Notes: generated by a model from the sequence alone, not told the origin. Positions 28,041 to 37,454 are shown, counted from the stretch's first letter. The stretch: DNA of 38,978 nt from a virus (IMGVR_UViG_2713896784_000029); one strand, 5' to 3'. Numbers and translations are program-made.

Positions 28041-29148
28041 ACTGTATCTGGGCGGTGAGATTTTTTCCGGCTGGCTGACGGTGAGTGTTCGTCGCTCTCT
28101 TGAACATCTGGCGGGCTCCTTTGAACTGGGGGTAATGATGCCCGGTGTACGCCTTCCGTCATCCGTCCGTGCCGGTCAGTCTCTGGAATTGCGCATTGAC
28201 GGTCAGCCTGTGATCACTGGCTGGCTGGATCAGGTCCGGCAGCGCATCAGCGCCACGCGTTTTCAGATCACGCTCAGCGGACGGGATAAAACCGGTGACC
28301 TGGTGGACTGTTCAGCCATTCATCCGGGCAGCCAGTGGAGGAACCGCACGCTGGAGCACATTGCTTCAGATTTGTGTGCTCCGTTCGGGGTCACGGTGCG
28401 CTGGCAGGTAAATGATGCAACGGCAGCCCGGCCCTTTTCCACCTTCACACTGGAAAACTCAGAAACCGTGGCAGATGCGCTGACACGGGCCGCGAGACAC
28501 AGAGGCGTCCTGGTAACCAGTAATGCCGCCGGTGAACTGGTTTTCACTCAGGCCGGCAGTCAGCGTGGCGACACGCTGACGCTGGGCGAAAATCTGCTGG
28601 ATTTGGATCACAACGTGGATCACCGTCTGCGCCACAGTGAATACCGTGTACGGGGGCACGGGCGTGGTGGTGGTCATGCCGGGGATGCACTGACAGCCGG
28701 AACGCTGGCCGCACCCGTTGGTACGGTGACAGACAGTGCCATCCACCGTTACAGACCGAAAATTGTGCTGGCGGATCATGCTGTTGATGCAGACGGTGCA
28801 CGCCAGAGGGCTGTCCGGGAAATGCGCCGGGCGGTTGCCCGCTCTGTGCGCCTGACAGCCACCGTGCGGCACTGGTTTCGGGAGAACGGCCAGTTGTGGG
28901 ATATCAACCTGCTGACGGCTGTCACGGCTCCCCGCACCGGAGTGGAAGAGCGTGATCTTCTTGTCTGTCAGGTGGAGTTTTCGCTGGATGCAAATCACGG
29001 CGAAACCACCCGTCTGATTCTGGCACCCCGTGACGGCTTTATTGTTCCGGCAGAGCCGGGAAACAGCGGAAGCGGAAATGCGGGTGACGTGGACGCCTTC
29101 GTGCGGGCACAGATGAAAAAACAGGGGATTAAATTCAATGATGAATGA
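28024..29148 (+). CDS. baseplate hub protein (Mu Q-like)
   Basis: 374 aa; GTG start with GGAGG RBS overlapping P stop. Confidence 0.6.
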   Translation: MSSRVELYLGGEIFSGWLTVSVRRSLEHLAGSFELGVMMPGVRLPSSVRAGQSLELRIDGQPVITGWLDQVRQRISATRFQITLSGRDKTGDLVDCSAIHPGSQWRNRTLEHIASDLCAPFGVTVRWQVNDATAARPFSTFTLENSETVADALTRAARHRGVLVTSNAAGELVFTQAGSQRGDTLTLGENLLDLDHNVDHRLRHSEYRVRGHGRGGGHAGDALTAGTLAAPVGTVTDSAIHRYRPKIVLADHAVDADGARQRAVREMRRAVARSVRLTATVRHWFRENGQLWDINLLTAVTAPRTGVEERDLLVCQVEFSLDANHGETTRLILAPRDGFIVPAEPGNSGSGNAGDVDAFVRAQMKKQGIKFNDE

Positions 29149-29752
29149 CGAAGTCATCAGCCGCCTTCTGGCCCCCGTAATGCGGGGTGTTCGTCTGCTG
29201 TTCGGGCGTGGTGTACTGACCGGCACAACGGACACGCTGAAAATCCAGAATGTGCAAATCACCGGTATGGATGGTGAAACCTTTGATGACGTTGAACGCC
29301 CCCAGCAGTACGGGCAAATCAGCGTCCCCCTGCCTGGTGCGGAAGTTTTTCTGGCCTGTGCTGGCGGACAACGGGATCAGGCCGTGGTGCTTGTGGTGGA
29401 AGACCGCCGCAGTCGCCCGACCGGACTTACCGCCGGAGATACCGGCGTGTATCACCATGAGGGGCACCGTATACGTCTGACAAAGAACGGCCGGATCATT
29501 GTGACCTGTAAGACGCTGGAGATTTACGCCGATGAAGGTGTTCAGGTGGATACACCGGAGGCTCACTTTACCGGTAATGTCACAGTGGATAAGAACCTGC
29601 ATGTCAAAGGCAATGTGTCCATTGACGGCACCGGAAGATCACAGGGGACGTTCACGATGTCCGAAGCGGTTATTGCCGGGATCACCTATTCAGGTCATGT
29701 GCATCACGATAACGGTGAAGGCAGCAAAACGGGAGGACCAGAGAATGGCTGA
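29138..29752 (+). CDS. baseplate spike/assembly protein V-like
   Basis: 204 aa between hub and gp46-like genes; beta-rich repeat-like C-terminus (VDKNLHVKGNVSIDG). Confidence 0.65.
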   Translation: MMNDEVISRLLAPVMRGVRLLFGRGVLTGTTDTLKIQNVQITGMDGETFDDVERPQQYGQISVPLPGAEVFLACAGGQRDQAVVLVVEDRRSRPTGLTAGDTGVYHHEGHRIRLTKNGRIIVTCKTLEIYADEGVQVDTPEAHFTGNVTVDKNLHVKGNVSIDGTGRSQGTFTMSEAVIAGITYSGHVHHDNGEGSKTGGPENG

Positions 29753-30182
29753 TATTGCTGTCGTCTGGGATCAGGGTTGCGGTTCCCTGCAACTGAACGG
29801 CGCAGATCTTCTGACGGATAACAGCCTGCTGACTGCGGTCATTATTTCACTGTTTACGGACAGGCGGGCGCTGGATTCCGATGAAATCCCTGACGGCACC
29901 CGTGACCGTCGGGGATGGTGGGGAGACAGTTTCCGGGAGCGCCCCGTTGGCTCCCGTCTCTGGCTGTTAAGCCGTGAAAAGACGCTGTCCTCCGTGGTCA
30001 GCCGTGCACAGGCCTATGCTGATGAAGCGCTGGCGTGGCTGCATAAAAGCGGTGCTGCCACATCCGTGGTATGTCATGCCATGCGTGTGGGGCATGCTCG
30101 CCTTTCGCTTTCCGTGAAAATCACCCTGCCGGACGGAAGCAGACATCCGATGATTTTTTATGCTGATATGAAGGGGGAATGA
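29745..30182 (+). CDS. baseplate protein (Mu gp46 family)
   Basis: 145 aa from ATG 29745 (ATGGCTGA overlap with V stop); ORF-track start 29532 is an in-frame upstream extension inside V. Confidence 0.65.
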   Translation: MADIAVVWDQGCGSLQLNGADLLTDNSLLTAVIISLFTDRRALDSDEIPDGTRDRRGWWGDSFRERPVGSRLWLLSREKTLSSVVSRAQAYADEALAWLHKSGAATSVVCHAMRVGHARLSLSVKITLPDGSRHPMIFYADMKGE

Positions 30183-31264
30183 TGCCTTATCAGCCCTTAC
30201 CACTGGCGCAACTGATCACACAGACACAACAGGATATCAGCCAGCGCCTGCCCGGTTCGCAGCCGGGCGTGAATGAAACCACCCTGAATGCCATTGCGTA
30301 TGCACTGGCGGGTCTGTCAGCACAGGAGCATGAACATCTGGCCTGGATCTCCCGGCAGATAATTCCGACAGAAGCTGATGAAGCCGAACTCCTGAAACAC
30401 TGCGCATTCTGGGGTGTCATCCGTAAACCGGCTTCCCGCGCTGACGGACCGGTACAACTGATGCTGACCACGGATGCAGGGATCACGGAAGGCGTACTCC
30501 TTCAGCGAAGCGATGGGGTTGTGTACCGCATCACCGGCTCTGCGACCGGAAAAGCCGGAACACTGAATGTTAATGTGGAGGCGGAAAGTGCGGGGCGCGC
30601 TGGAAATACCCCGACCGGAACCCGCCTGTCCTTTATCACGCCACAGGCGGGCATCAACCAGACAGCCACGGTCACCGGCACGGGACTCACCGGTGGTGCG
30701 GATGTGGAAACGGTGCCGGAGTTGCTGTCCAGGCTGGTATTCCGGGTACAGAACCCGCCATCAGGGGGAACACAGTATGATTTTGAACGCTGGGCACGGG
30801 AAGTACCGGGCGTGACGCGGGCATGGTGTAAGCCTGAATGGCCTGAGGCGGGTAGTGTTGGTGTGACTTTTGTTCAGGATAATAACCCTGACATTTTCCC
30901 CGGAGAAGGTGATGTGAAGCGGGTGGCGGATTATATCCGCAGTCATGATGATCCGGCGACGGGCCAGCCCGTTGGTCAGCCACTTGGGCCGACAATCAGC
31001 GTGTTTAAGCTGACCAATAAGCCGGTGGCGTTTGAGATCAGGATTGTACCCAAAACGCCGGAAAATCAGGCTGCCGTAAAACAGGCATTAACAGACCTGC
31101 TTTATAACGAATCGCGGCCGGGTGGACTTGTATTGCCTTCATCATTCTGGCGGGCTGTTGCAGGGGTGAAAGGACTGGAGGATTTTGAAGTTCGCAGCCC
31201 GCTGAAGTCCGTGATGGCCGGAGATACAGAGTTGCTGACCGTGGGGGAAATCACATGGCTGTAA
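30179..31264 (+). CDS. baseplate J-like protein (Mu gp47 position)
   Basis: 361 aa, coupled start; size and position typical of baseplate wedge J-family protein. Confidence 0.7.
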   Translation: MMPYQPLPLAQLITQTQQDISQRLPGSQPGVNETTLNAIAYALAGLSAQEHEHLAWISRQIIPTEADEAELLKHCAFWGVIRKPASRADGPVQLMLTTDAGITEGVLLQRSDGVVYRITGSATGKAGTLNVNVEAESAGRAGNTPTGTRLSFITPQAGINQTATVTGTGLTGGADVETVPELLSRLVFRVQNPPSGGTQYDFERWAREVPGVTRAWCKPEWPEAGSVGVTFVQDNNPDIFPGEGDVKRVADYIRSHDDPATGQPVGQPLGPTISVFKLTNKPVAFEIRIVPKTPENQAAVKQALTDLLYNESRPGGLVLPSSFWRAVAGVKGLEDFEVRSPLKSVMAGDTELLTVGEITWL

Positions 31265-31815
31265 CCCTGACCCCGCATCAGCGCGCCCTGTTGCAGTTGC
31301 TGCCTGACGGGCTGGCATGGGATAAGCGGCCGTCATCCGTTCTTGCGGCTTTGTGCCTGGGCCTCAGTCATTCCACGGAGCGTGTTTCCTGGACCGGTAA
31401 CCAGATGCTGGCAGAACGTTTTCCTGATTCATCCCGTCTGCTGCTGGAAGACTGGGAGCGTTATCTGGGGTTACCGGAATGTGATATGACCGGCGCAACC
31501 ATTCAGGAGCGTCAGCGTTATGCCGGGAATAAATACCGGATGAAACCCTCTCTTAACCGTGAATTTTATATCCGGTTTGCGGCAGAGTTTGGTTATGAAA
31601 TAGATATTCAGCCATCACCGGATTCACAGTGGGTCAGTATTGTCACGATTAACAGTGAAACCGGCTACCGGAATATGAATGTGCTGGATGATATTCTCAC
31701 GCCGCTGCGTATTTATGAAGGCGGTGCGCTGGAATGTATTCTGAACCGTTATAAGCCTGCATGGCAGACGTTTATTTACGTATATGCAAACAGTCACGAA
31801 GAGGAGAATATTTAA
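31255..31815 (+). CDS. tail protein (Mu gp48 position)
   Basis: 186 aa between baseplate J-like gene and tail fibre gene. Confidence 0.6.
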   Translation: MAVTLTPHQRALLQLLPDGLAWDKRPSSVLAALCLGLSHSTERVSWTGNQMLAERFPDSSRLLLEDWERYLGLPECDMTGATIQERQRYAGNKYRMKPSLNREFYIRFAAEFGYEIDIQPSPDSQWVSIVTINSETGYRNMNVLDDILTPLRIYEGGALECILNRYKPAWQTFIYVYANSHEEENI

Positions 31816-32726
31816 TGTTCCATGTTGATAATAATTCCGGCGTGGCGAATATGCCTGCGCTGGCACCGGCGCAGAGTAATACCACCACCTGGTTTACCGA
31901 AGGTGACGGACAAAAAGGTATCAGCTGGATTGGTCAGGACTGGCTGAATATTCTCCAGGCCGAACTGCTGAATATTCTGGCTGAAGCCAGTATTCAGCCG
32001 GATAAGGCGCAGTTAAACCAGCTTACGCTGTCCATTAAAGCCATTATCGCTGCGAATGCCTTTTCCCGGAAAAACAACCTGAAAGAAATTGCTGATGCCG
32101 GTGCGGAAGCCCAGCGTCTTGCCCGTGGTTATCTTGGTCTTGGGGCGCTTGCCACAAAAAACAGTCTTGGTCCCGGTGACGTTAATGCTCTGGCGAAGGA
32201 TCAGAACCTTGCCGACCTGGAGAATGCGGGAACCGCCCGTAATAATCTGGATGTTTACAGCAAAAGCGAAGGTGATAACCGTTACCTGCGCAGGGAGCAG
32301 AACGGCGCAGACATTCCGGATAAAGGCGCTTTTATCGATAACGTTGGTTTACGGGAAACGGTAAATAAGGCTGCTGATGCCCTGCCATCGGGTGGAACCG
32401 CCGTGGCAGCAAACAGACTCGCCACCCCAAGAAATATTAATGGTGTTCCTTTTGACGGAACGCTGGATATCAACATCACGTCAGGAATGACGCAGTCAAC
32501 CGCAGATGGCCGGTATGTACAGAATGTTCAGCTTGGAGCACAGAGCTATCATTCACCCGGAGGCAATGAAATGTCATGGAATTACAGCGCACCTTCCGGT
32601 TGTATGCTTTCCGGAATTAACGTGCAGGAAACCGGCTCCCGGTCTGCGGACAATATCGGTGGGGTCTATTATCGCCCGGTTCAGATTTATATTAATAATG
32701 CCTGGAGAACGGTAAGTTCAGTGTAA
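31815..32726 (+). CDS. tail fibre protein; constant N-terminal part plus variable C-terminal part inside invertible segment
   Basis: ATG 31815 after GAGGAGAA RBS; from about nt 32346 the 3' portion is repeated in inverted orientation at 33560-33720. Confidence 0.75.
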   Translation: MFHVDNNSGVANMPALAPAQSNTTTWFTEGDGQKGISWIGQDWLNILQAELLNILAEASIQPDKAQLNQLTLSIKAIIAANAFSRKNNLKEIADAGAEAQRLARGYLGLGALATKNSLGPGDVNALAKDQNLADLENAGTARNNLDVYSKSEGDNRYLRREQNGADIPDKGAFIDNVGLRETVNKAADALPSGGTAVAANRLATPRNINGVPFDGTLDINITSGMTQSTADGRYVQNVQLGAQSYHSPGGNEMSWNYSAPSGCMLSGINVQETGSRSADNIGGVYYRPVQIYINNAWRTVSSV

Positions 32727-32736
32727 ACCACAGAAA

Positions 32737-32755
32737 AGGGTGCTGAATGCACCCT
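32737..32755. terminator. hairpin between convergent fibre and fibre-assembly genes
   Basis: AGGGTGC-TGAAT-GCACCCT stem-loop in the 34-bp gap between the two convergent stop codons. Confidence 0.4.
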
Positions 32756-32760
32756 CTGAA

Positions 32761-33282
32761 TTATTCCGGTTTTTCCGGCCAGGGAATCGCCTGGTAATGC
32801 CCCTCACTGGCAATATCATTAAAGTGCATTTCTTTAAGCTGTCGGATATACGCCATCCAGCGCGTCAGCTGTAATTTATTTTCATCGCTAATCATGTCCA
32901 GTTTTAATTCCGTTTTCCAGTCATCCACAGTTTCGTTGGCTTCCTGGAGCAGCGATGAGCGGCGCTTTTCAGCAACCGTCTTCCAGTTTACCGGCACCTT
33001 TGATATCAGGCCATCAGAAAACTGCCAGTTACCGTCAATATTCACACCTTCCGGCAGTTCGTCCACTTCAACAACAGTAAAACCTGCCGGATATAAAGCA
33101 GAGACATCTTCAGCAACAGAGCAGATAATACCCGTTACAGGCGAAATACAGAGTTTGTATTTCTTTGTGAAAAGCGGGATAGATTCATAAAAATCCCTTC
33201 CGTCCTCACTCTGGAAATACTGAACATCCTCACCATAGGGTTTGTGTTCCGGGTAATATCGTTTTACGTTAATAAGCTCCAT
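32761..33282 (-). CDS. tail fibre assembly protein (U'-like chaperone)
   Basis: Minus-strand ORF; start at ATG 33282 (MELINVKRYY) with AAGGTGA RBS; C-terminal W/R-rich region typical of fibre assembly chaperones. Confidence 0.7.
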   Translation of the reverse strand: MELINVKRYYPEHKPYGEDVQYFQSEDGRDFYESIPLFTKKYKLCISPVTGIICSVAEDVSALYPAGFTVVEVDELPEGVNIDGNWQFSDGLISKVPVNWKTVAEKRRSSLLQEANETVDDWKTELKLDMISDENKLQLTRWMAYIRQLKEMHFNDIASEGHYQAIPWPEKPE

Positions 33283-33361
33283 TATTTCACCTTGTTTTTG
33301 TTGAAAAGACAAAATCATCATATATTTATTCAGATAATCTGTTTTTTGAACTACTGCACTT

Positions 33362-33720
33362 TTATGCGCTGGAAGCTGTTTTCCACGAACCATCTATCAG
33401 AAACTGAACAGGTCGATAATATGCGGTTACCGTTGCATTACCATCACCAGCGACATCAAGCCCTGTAAGTACGCATCCGTCAGGAACCTCAAAAATATTA
33501 TATTGCATTCCAATCGTTGACCTTGAACCTCTTCGAATGCTTTGAACATAACGTGAGTCAGCCACAGACTGCGTCATCCCCGATGTAATATTTATATCCT
33601 GCGTTCCGTCAAATGGGACACCATTAATATTTCTTGGAGTGGCGAGTTTATTCGCTGCAACAGCCGCTCCGTTCGATGGCAGGGCATTCGCGGCCCTGTT
33701 TACAGTATCCCGTAAACCGA
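33362..33720 (-). other. alternative tail-fibre C-terminal coding segment (Sv'-like) without own start
   Basis: Minus-strand frame open to the segment border; translation ...GLRDTVNRAANALPSNGAAVAANKLATPRNINGVPFDGTQDINITSGMTQSVADSRYVQ... parallels the plus-strand fibre. Would fuse to the fibre constant part only after inversion. Confidence 0.6.
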
Positions 33721-33787
33721 AGGTTTCAGGGATGCCGTATATCTGCTTTAAAAGGCCTTTCCACCTCTTTTTAAGGAAGGTAAATAC

Positions 33788-34348
33788 ATGCTGATTGGCT
33801 ATATACGCGTATCAACAAATGACCAGAACACAGGTTTACAAAGAAATGCGCTGGAATGTGCAGGATGTGAGCAGATTTTTGAAGATAAAATGAGTGGTAA
33901 AACGACACAGCGGCCGGGACTGAAGCGGGCACTGAAGAAACTAAAACCCGGTGACACACTGATGGTCTGGAAACTGGACAGGCTGGGGCGCAGTATGCGC
34001 CACCTTGTTGCGCTGACAGATGAATTACAGCAACAGGGGATAAATTTTCGTAGTCTTACTGACAACATTGATACGTCAACCCCCATGGGGCGCTTCTTTT
34101 TTCACATAATGGGTGCGCTGGCAGAAATGGAGCGTGAATTAATTGTCGAACGGACACGGGCTGGTCTTGCAGCTGCCCGTGAAAGGGGACGAACCGGCGG
34201 CAGACCCCGTCGTCTCACGCAGGAACAATACGAGCAGGTCGGGCGTTTACTGGCCGGGGGTGTCAGTCGAAGACAGGTGGCACTTATTTTTGATATCGGC
34301 CTTTCAACCCTTTATCGTTATTATCCTGCGAGCGTTTCGGAAAAATAA
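33788..34348 (+). CDS. gin: serine recombinase, Gin/Hin/Pin/Cin-family DNA invertase
   Basis: 186 aa; MLIGYIRVSTNDQNTGLQRNAL... with catalytic Ser in RVST and C-terminal HTH (QVALIFDIGLSTLYRY); very close to Mu Gin as recalled. Confidence 0.9.
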   Translation: MLIGYIRVSTNDQNTGLQRNALECAGCEQIFEDKMSGKTTQRPGLKRALKKLKPGDTLMVWKLDRLGRSMRHLVALTDELQQQGINFRSLTDNIDTSTPMGRFFFHIMGALAEMERELIVERTRAGLAAARERGRTGGRPRRLTQEQYEQVGRLLAGGVSRRQVALIFDIGLSTLYRYYPASVSEK

Positions 34349-34447
34349 GACGCTCTCTTTGTTGGGCCTTTACTGAATTAACGCAAAATGGCGTTTATCG
34401 GTCTGTGGATATGATAATTCAGTTTATTCAGGAACAGGCTGATTATT

Positions 34448-36487
34448 ATGACGTCCAAATGGGTTCAACTATCATCAATGCCCGGAAACTTTACTGTTAA
34501 AGTTTCCGGTGGTACAGCGGCATTTCTTGAGGCTCCCTTTCCTCCGGCCGAAACAAAAGGAGGAATGACATTTGCTGACTGTCTCATCAGTTTTAATACA
34601 CGGGATTGCCTGTGGGTAAGGCCAGTATCCGGTGATCCGAGTGTGGAAATTACCGGAGCGGGTATTGGTGCGGTCATTCCGTTAAGTGCTGATGTTGCCG
34701 GTACTGCTGAACCGTCAGACTGGGATAATGCTGAAACACATACCCGTCCGTCAGGAAATGAAACTGCTTCCAGCTCCCCTTCCTGGTATTACGTGGTGGT
34801 TCTTGCTGGTCAGTCAAACGGTATGGCTTACGGTGAAGGTCTGCCACTGCCGGAGACATATGACCGCCCCGAACCGCGTATTATGCAGTTAGCCCGTCGC
34901 AGTACAGTCACGCCGGGAGGTAAAGCCTGTCAGTATAACGACATCATTCTGGCCGACCACTGTCTGCATGATGTGCAGGATATGAGTGGAAAAAATCACC
35001 CGAAAGCGGATGTGGCTAAAGGGCAATATGGCACCGTGGGTCAGGGGCTTCACATTGCCAAAAAACTGCTGCCGTTTATTCCGGCAGATGCGGGGATTCT
35101 GCTGGTTCCCTGCTGCCGTGGTGGTTCTGCATTCACGGCGGGTGCTGACGGCACGTACAGTGACAGCACGGGTGCTTCAGAGGACTCAGCCCGCTGGGGT
35201 GTGGATAAGCCGCTGTATAAGGACTTAATCAGCCGGACAAAAGCGGCACTGGCGAAGAACCCGAAAAACCGCCTGCTTGCTGTGGTGTGGATGCAGGGCG
35301 AGTTTGATATTGATGCGAAGCCGACGGAGCATTCCGCGCTGTTTCTGGCGATGGTGGAAAAATTCCGCGCAGACCTGGCTGAACAGGCGGAACAGTGTAC
35401 CGGTGGCAGTGCTGCTGGCGTTCCGTGGATTTGTGGCGATACCACGTATTTCTGGAAACAGAAAAATGAACCGGCATACCAGGCAATCTATGGCGGCTAC
35501 AAAAACAAAACAGATAAAAACATTCATTTCGTTCCATTAATGACAGATGAAAATGACGCGAATGTACCCACCAACAATCCGGCAGAAGACCCGGATATTG
35601 AATCCATTGGTTATTACGGCTCAACGTGGCGTAACAGTGCCGCCACCTGGACATCTGCGGACCGGGCCAGCCATTTCAGTTCATGGGCACGTCGTGGGAT
35701 TATTTCCGACCGTCTGGCCACGGCAGTTCTGACTCATGCGGGGCGAACCACAGTAAAAGCCGATGTTCCATCTTCTGAAACTGAAGCACCAGTGCCGTCA
35801 CCTTCAGAAACTGAAGCAGTAACCACAACACTGCTGTCTTATCGTGTCAGTGAGTCAGAAGGAAATCTGAAAGCCCAGGGCTGGGAGCCGGCTGGCGGTA
35901 AAGCTGAAATTATCAGTGATGCAGGAGGCACAGGTGGTAAGGCAATGAAACTGACCAAGGAAACAGGTAAATCATCCTGGTATCTGGATCATGATGCCGG
36001 TACTGGTGCTGAACTGCTGAAAAATGGTGGTTTAATCAGTTGTCGTTTTAAAGTACCTGGCGACCTGGTGGCAAACCAGTATGTCATGGGGCTTTACTGG
36101 CCGGTTTCCTCTCTGCCGCAGGGTGTCACCCTGACAGGGGATGCAGGGAATAATCTGCTGGCATCGTTCTACATCCAGACAGACGCAAAAGACCTGAATG
36201 TGATGTACCACAATGCAAAAGTGGCAACAAATAACCAGAAACTGGGAACCTTTGGTGCATTTGATAATGAATGGCATACGCTGGCCTTCCGTTTTGCAGG
36301 AAATAACAGCCTTCAGGTTATTCCGGTTATTGATGGTCAGGATGGTGCCGCGTTTACCCTGACGCAGTCACCAGTAGGAACTTTCCCGGTGGACAAACTC
36401 CGCGTAACGGATATCACAAAAAATGCAACTTACCCGGTGCTGATTGACAGCATTGTGGTGGAAGTGAAAAAAGCGGTAACAGAATAA
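34448..36487 (+). CDS. cargo SASA/SGNH-type carbohydrate O-acetylesterase (prophage NanS-p-like) with C-terminal beta-rich domain
   Basis: 679 aa; VVVLAGQSNGMAYGEG (Ser motif) and VVWMQGEFD (WxQGE.D) match the sialate O-acetylesterase family signature; SETEA-SETEA linker then ~230-aa beta-rich domain; located between gin and com where Mu has no gene. Confidence 0.6.
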   Translation: MTSKWVQLSSMPGNFTVKVSGGTAAFLEAPFPPAETKGGMTFADCLISFNTRDCLWVRPVSGDPSVEITGAGIGAVIPLSADVAGTAEPSDWDNAETHTRPSGNETASSSPSWYYVVVLAGQSNGMAYGEGLPLPETYDRPEPRIMQLARRSTVTPGGKACQYNDIILADHCLHDVQDMSGKNHPKADVAKGQYGTVGQGLHIAKKLLPFIPADAGILLVPCCRGGSAFTAGADGTYSDSTGASEDSARWGVDKPLYKDLISRTKAALAKNPKNRLLAVVWMQGEFDIDAKPTEHSALFLAMVEKFRADLAEQAEQCTGGSAAGVPWICGDTTYFWKQKNEPAYQAIYGGYKNKTDKNIHFVPLMTDENDANVPTNNPAEDPDIESIGYYGSTWRNSAATWTSADRASHFSSWARRGIISDRLATAVLTHAGRTTVKADVPSSETEAPVPSPSETEAVTTTLLSYRVSESEGNLKAQGWEPAGGKAEIISDAGGTGGKAMKLTKETGKSSWYLDHDAGTGAELLKNGGLISCRFKVPGDLVANQYVMGLYWPVSSLPQGVTLTGDAGNNLLASFYIQTDAKDLNVMYHNAKVATNNQKLGTFGAFDNEWHTLAFRFAGNNSLQVIPVIDGQDGAAFTLTQSPVGTFPVDKLRVTDITKNATYPVLIDSIVVEVKKAVTE

Positions 36488-36493
36488 AAAAAT

Positions 36494-36520
36494 CCCGCCG
36501 GTCATGATATGGCTGGCGGG
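36494..36520. terminator. hairpin after esterase gene
   Basis: CCCGCC...GGCGGG stem with A-run upstream (T-run on the minus strand), 7 bp after the esterase stop. Confidence 0.35.
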
Positions 36521-36633
36521 AGCTACCTAACCCATAAAGGAAAATAAAAATACTCCCGAAGGAGTGGTTATCAGTCGCTTCGATGTTTTTACCCGATAAC
36601 GAATTATGTAGTCAATATCAAAGGTAAGGTTAT

Positions 36634-36816
36634 ATGACATTCGTTCATACAATGCTGCTTTATTTCTGCGCTGTGGTCAGTGCGTTATATCTGGTGAGCG
36701 GTGGTTATAAGGTCATCAGAAATTATATTCGCCGTAAAATTGATGATGCGGCAGCTGAAAAACTCAGTAAAACAGCACAGGCACCGTCATCCCCAAACGA
36801 CCCGACCCCGCTCTGA
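36634..36816 (+). CDS. small membrane protein (single N-terminal TM)
   Basis: 60 aa; TM LLYFCAVVSALYLVSGGY followed by charged tail; AAGGT RBS. Confidence 0.35.
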   Translation: MTFVHTMLLYFCAVVSALYLVSGGYKVIRNYIRRKIDDAAAEKLSKTAQAPSSPNDPTPL

Positions 36817-36851
36817 TAACGGGGCAATATACCTGCAAAAGGAGAATATTC

Positions 36852-37097
36852 ATGCCAGAGATTAAAGGCACGGTTACTGAAGAGCTTGTCAAACAGGCAC
36901 TTTATTCTGAAGAAGTGAACCGCGTGCTGAAGGCGCAGGTTCGCAAGGATTTTGAGGCACAAATCGACGCATATGTTGATGAAGTGCTGGCCCGAATGGT
37001 TGGCCGTTCTCCGGCTGAAAACAGCACGGAAAATGATCCTCAACCCGTAGAGCAACCAGAGCCGGTTCAGCCCGGAACTGACGGTACTATGATGTAA
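36852..37097 (+). CDS. small acidic hypothetical protein
   Basis: 81 aa with strong RBS AAAAGGAGAA; followed by a terminator hairpin. Confidence 0.4.
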   Translation: MPEIKGTVTEELVKQALYSEEVNRVLKAQVRKDFEAQIDAYVDEVLARMVGRSPAENSTENDPQPVEQPEPVQPGTDGTMM

Positions 37098-37106
37098 CAA
37101 TACCGA

Positions 37107-37140
37107 CCGGCAGGTTTCCCTGCCGGGTGAGTTTGTTAAT
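37107..37140 (+). terminator. intrinsic terminator after small cargo ORF
   Basis: CCGGCAGG-TTTC-CCTGCCGG perfect 8-bp stem followed by GTGAGTTTGTT. Confidence 0.5.
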
Positions 37141-37415
37141 GCACGTTTTGTGTATTTTCCCTCCTGGGAGAACAGGCAGGACATATCAGCATCCTGAAAC
37201 AGGAAGCATTTTTGGGTTTGTATGTCTTGCCATTTTGAGATCGAGAACGGCGATAGATGAGCTGTAAGGGAGTCTTACAGGCAGGGCAAACAGGCTCTTT
37301 CATCCATGATAAAGATCTCCTTTTTATGCATCTCTGCTTTACAGGAGACCGGGGAATATCATAGGATACGCCACGAGCTCGAAGTAAAGCATTGATGCAA
37401 GTTTTTACAGATTGA

Positions 37416-37454
37416 CCCAGCATAGTTCCAGCTATGCTGGGTTTCACTTTTATG
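37416..37454 (+). terminator. strong intrinsic terminator inside the 0.57-kb noncoding stretch
   Basis: CCCAGCATAG-TTCCAG-CTATGCTGGG 10-bp stem followed by TTTCACTTTTAT; no annotated plus-strand ORF ends nearby. Confidence 0.55.

Larger units (their letters stand above)
32332..33735. other. Gin-type invertible DNA segment (G-segment analogue) carrying alternative tail-fibre ends
   Basis: About 165-bp imperfect inverted repeats at both borders (32346-32510 and 33560-33720), gix/hix-like half-sites at the junctions, serine invertase gene adjacent. Confidence 0.65.

Noticed and set aside
28459-29262. 267-aa minus-strand ORF
   Set aside because: Antisense to the baseplate hub and V genes; Cys/His/Arg-rich shadow frame with no start context.
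34143-34376. 77-aa ORF overlapping the 3' end of gin
   Set aside because: Alternative frame inside the well-supported invertase gene.
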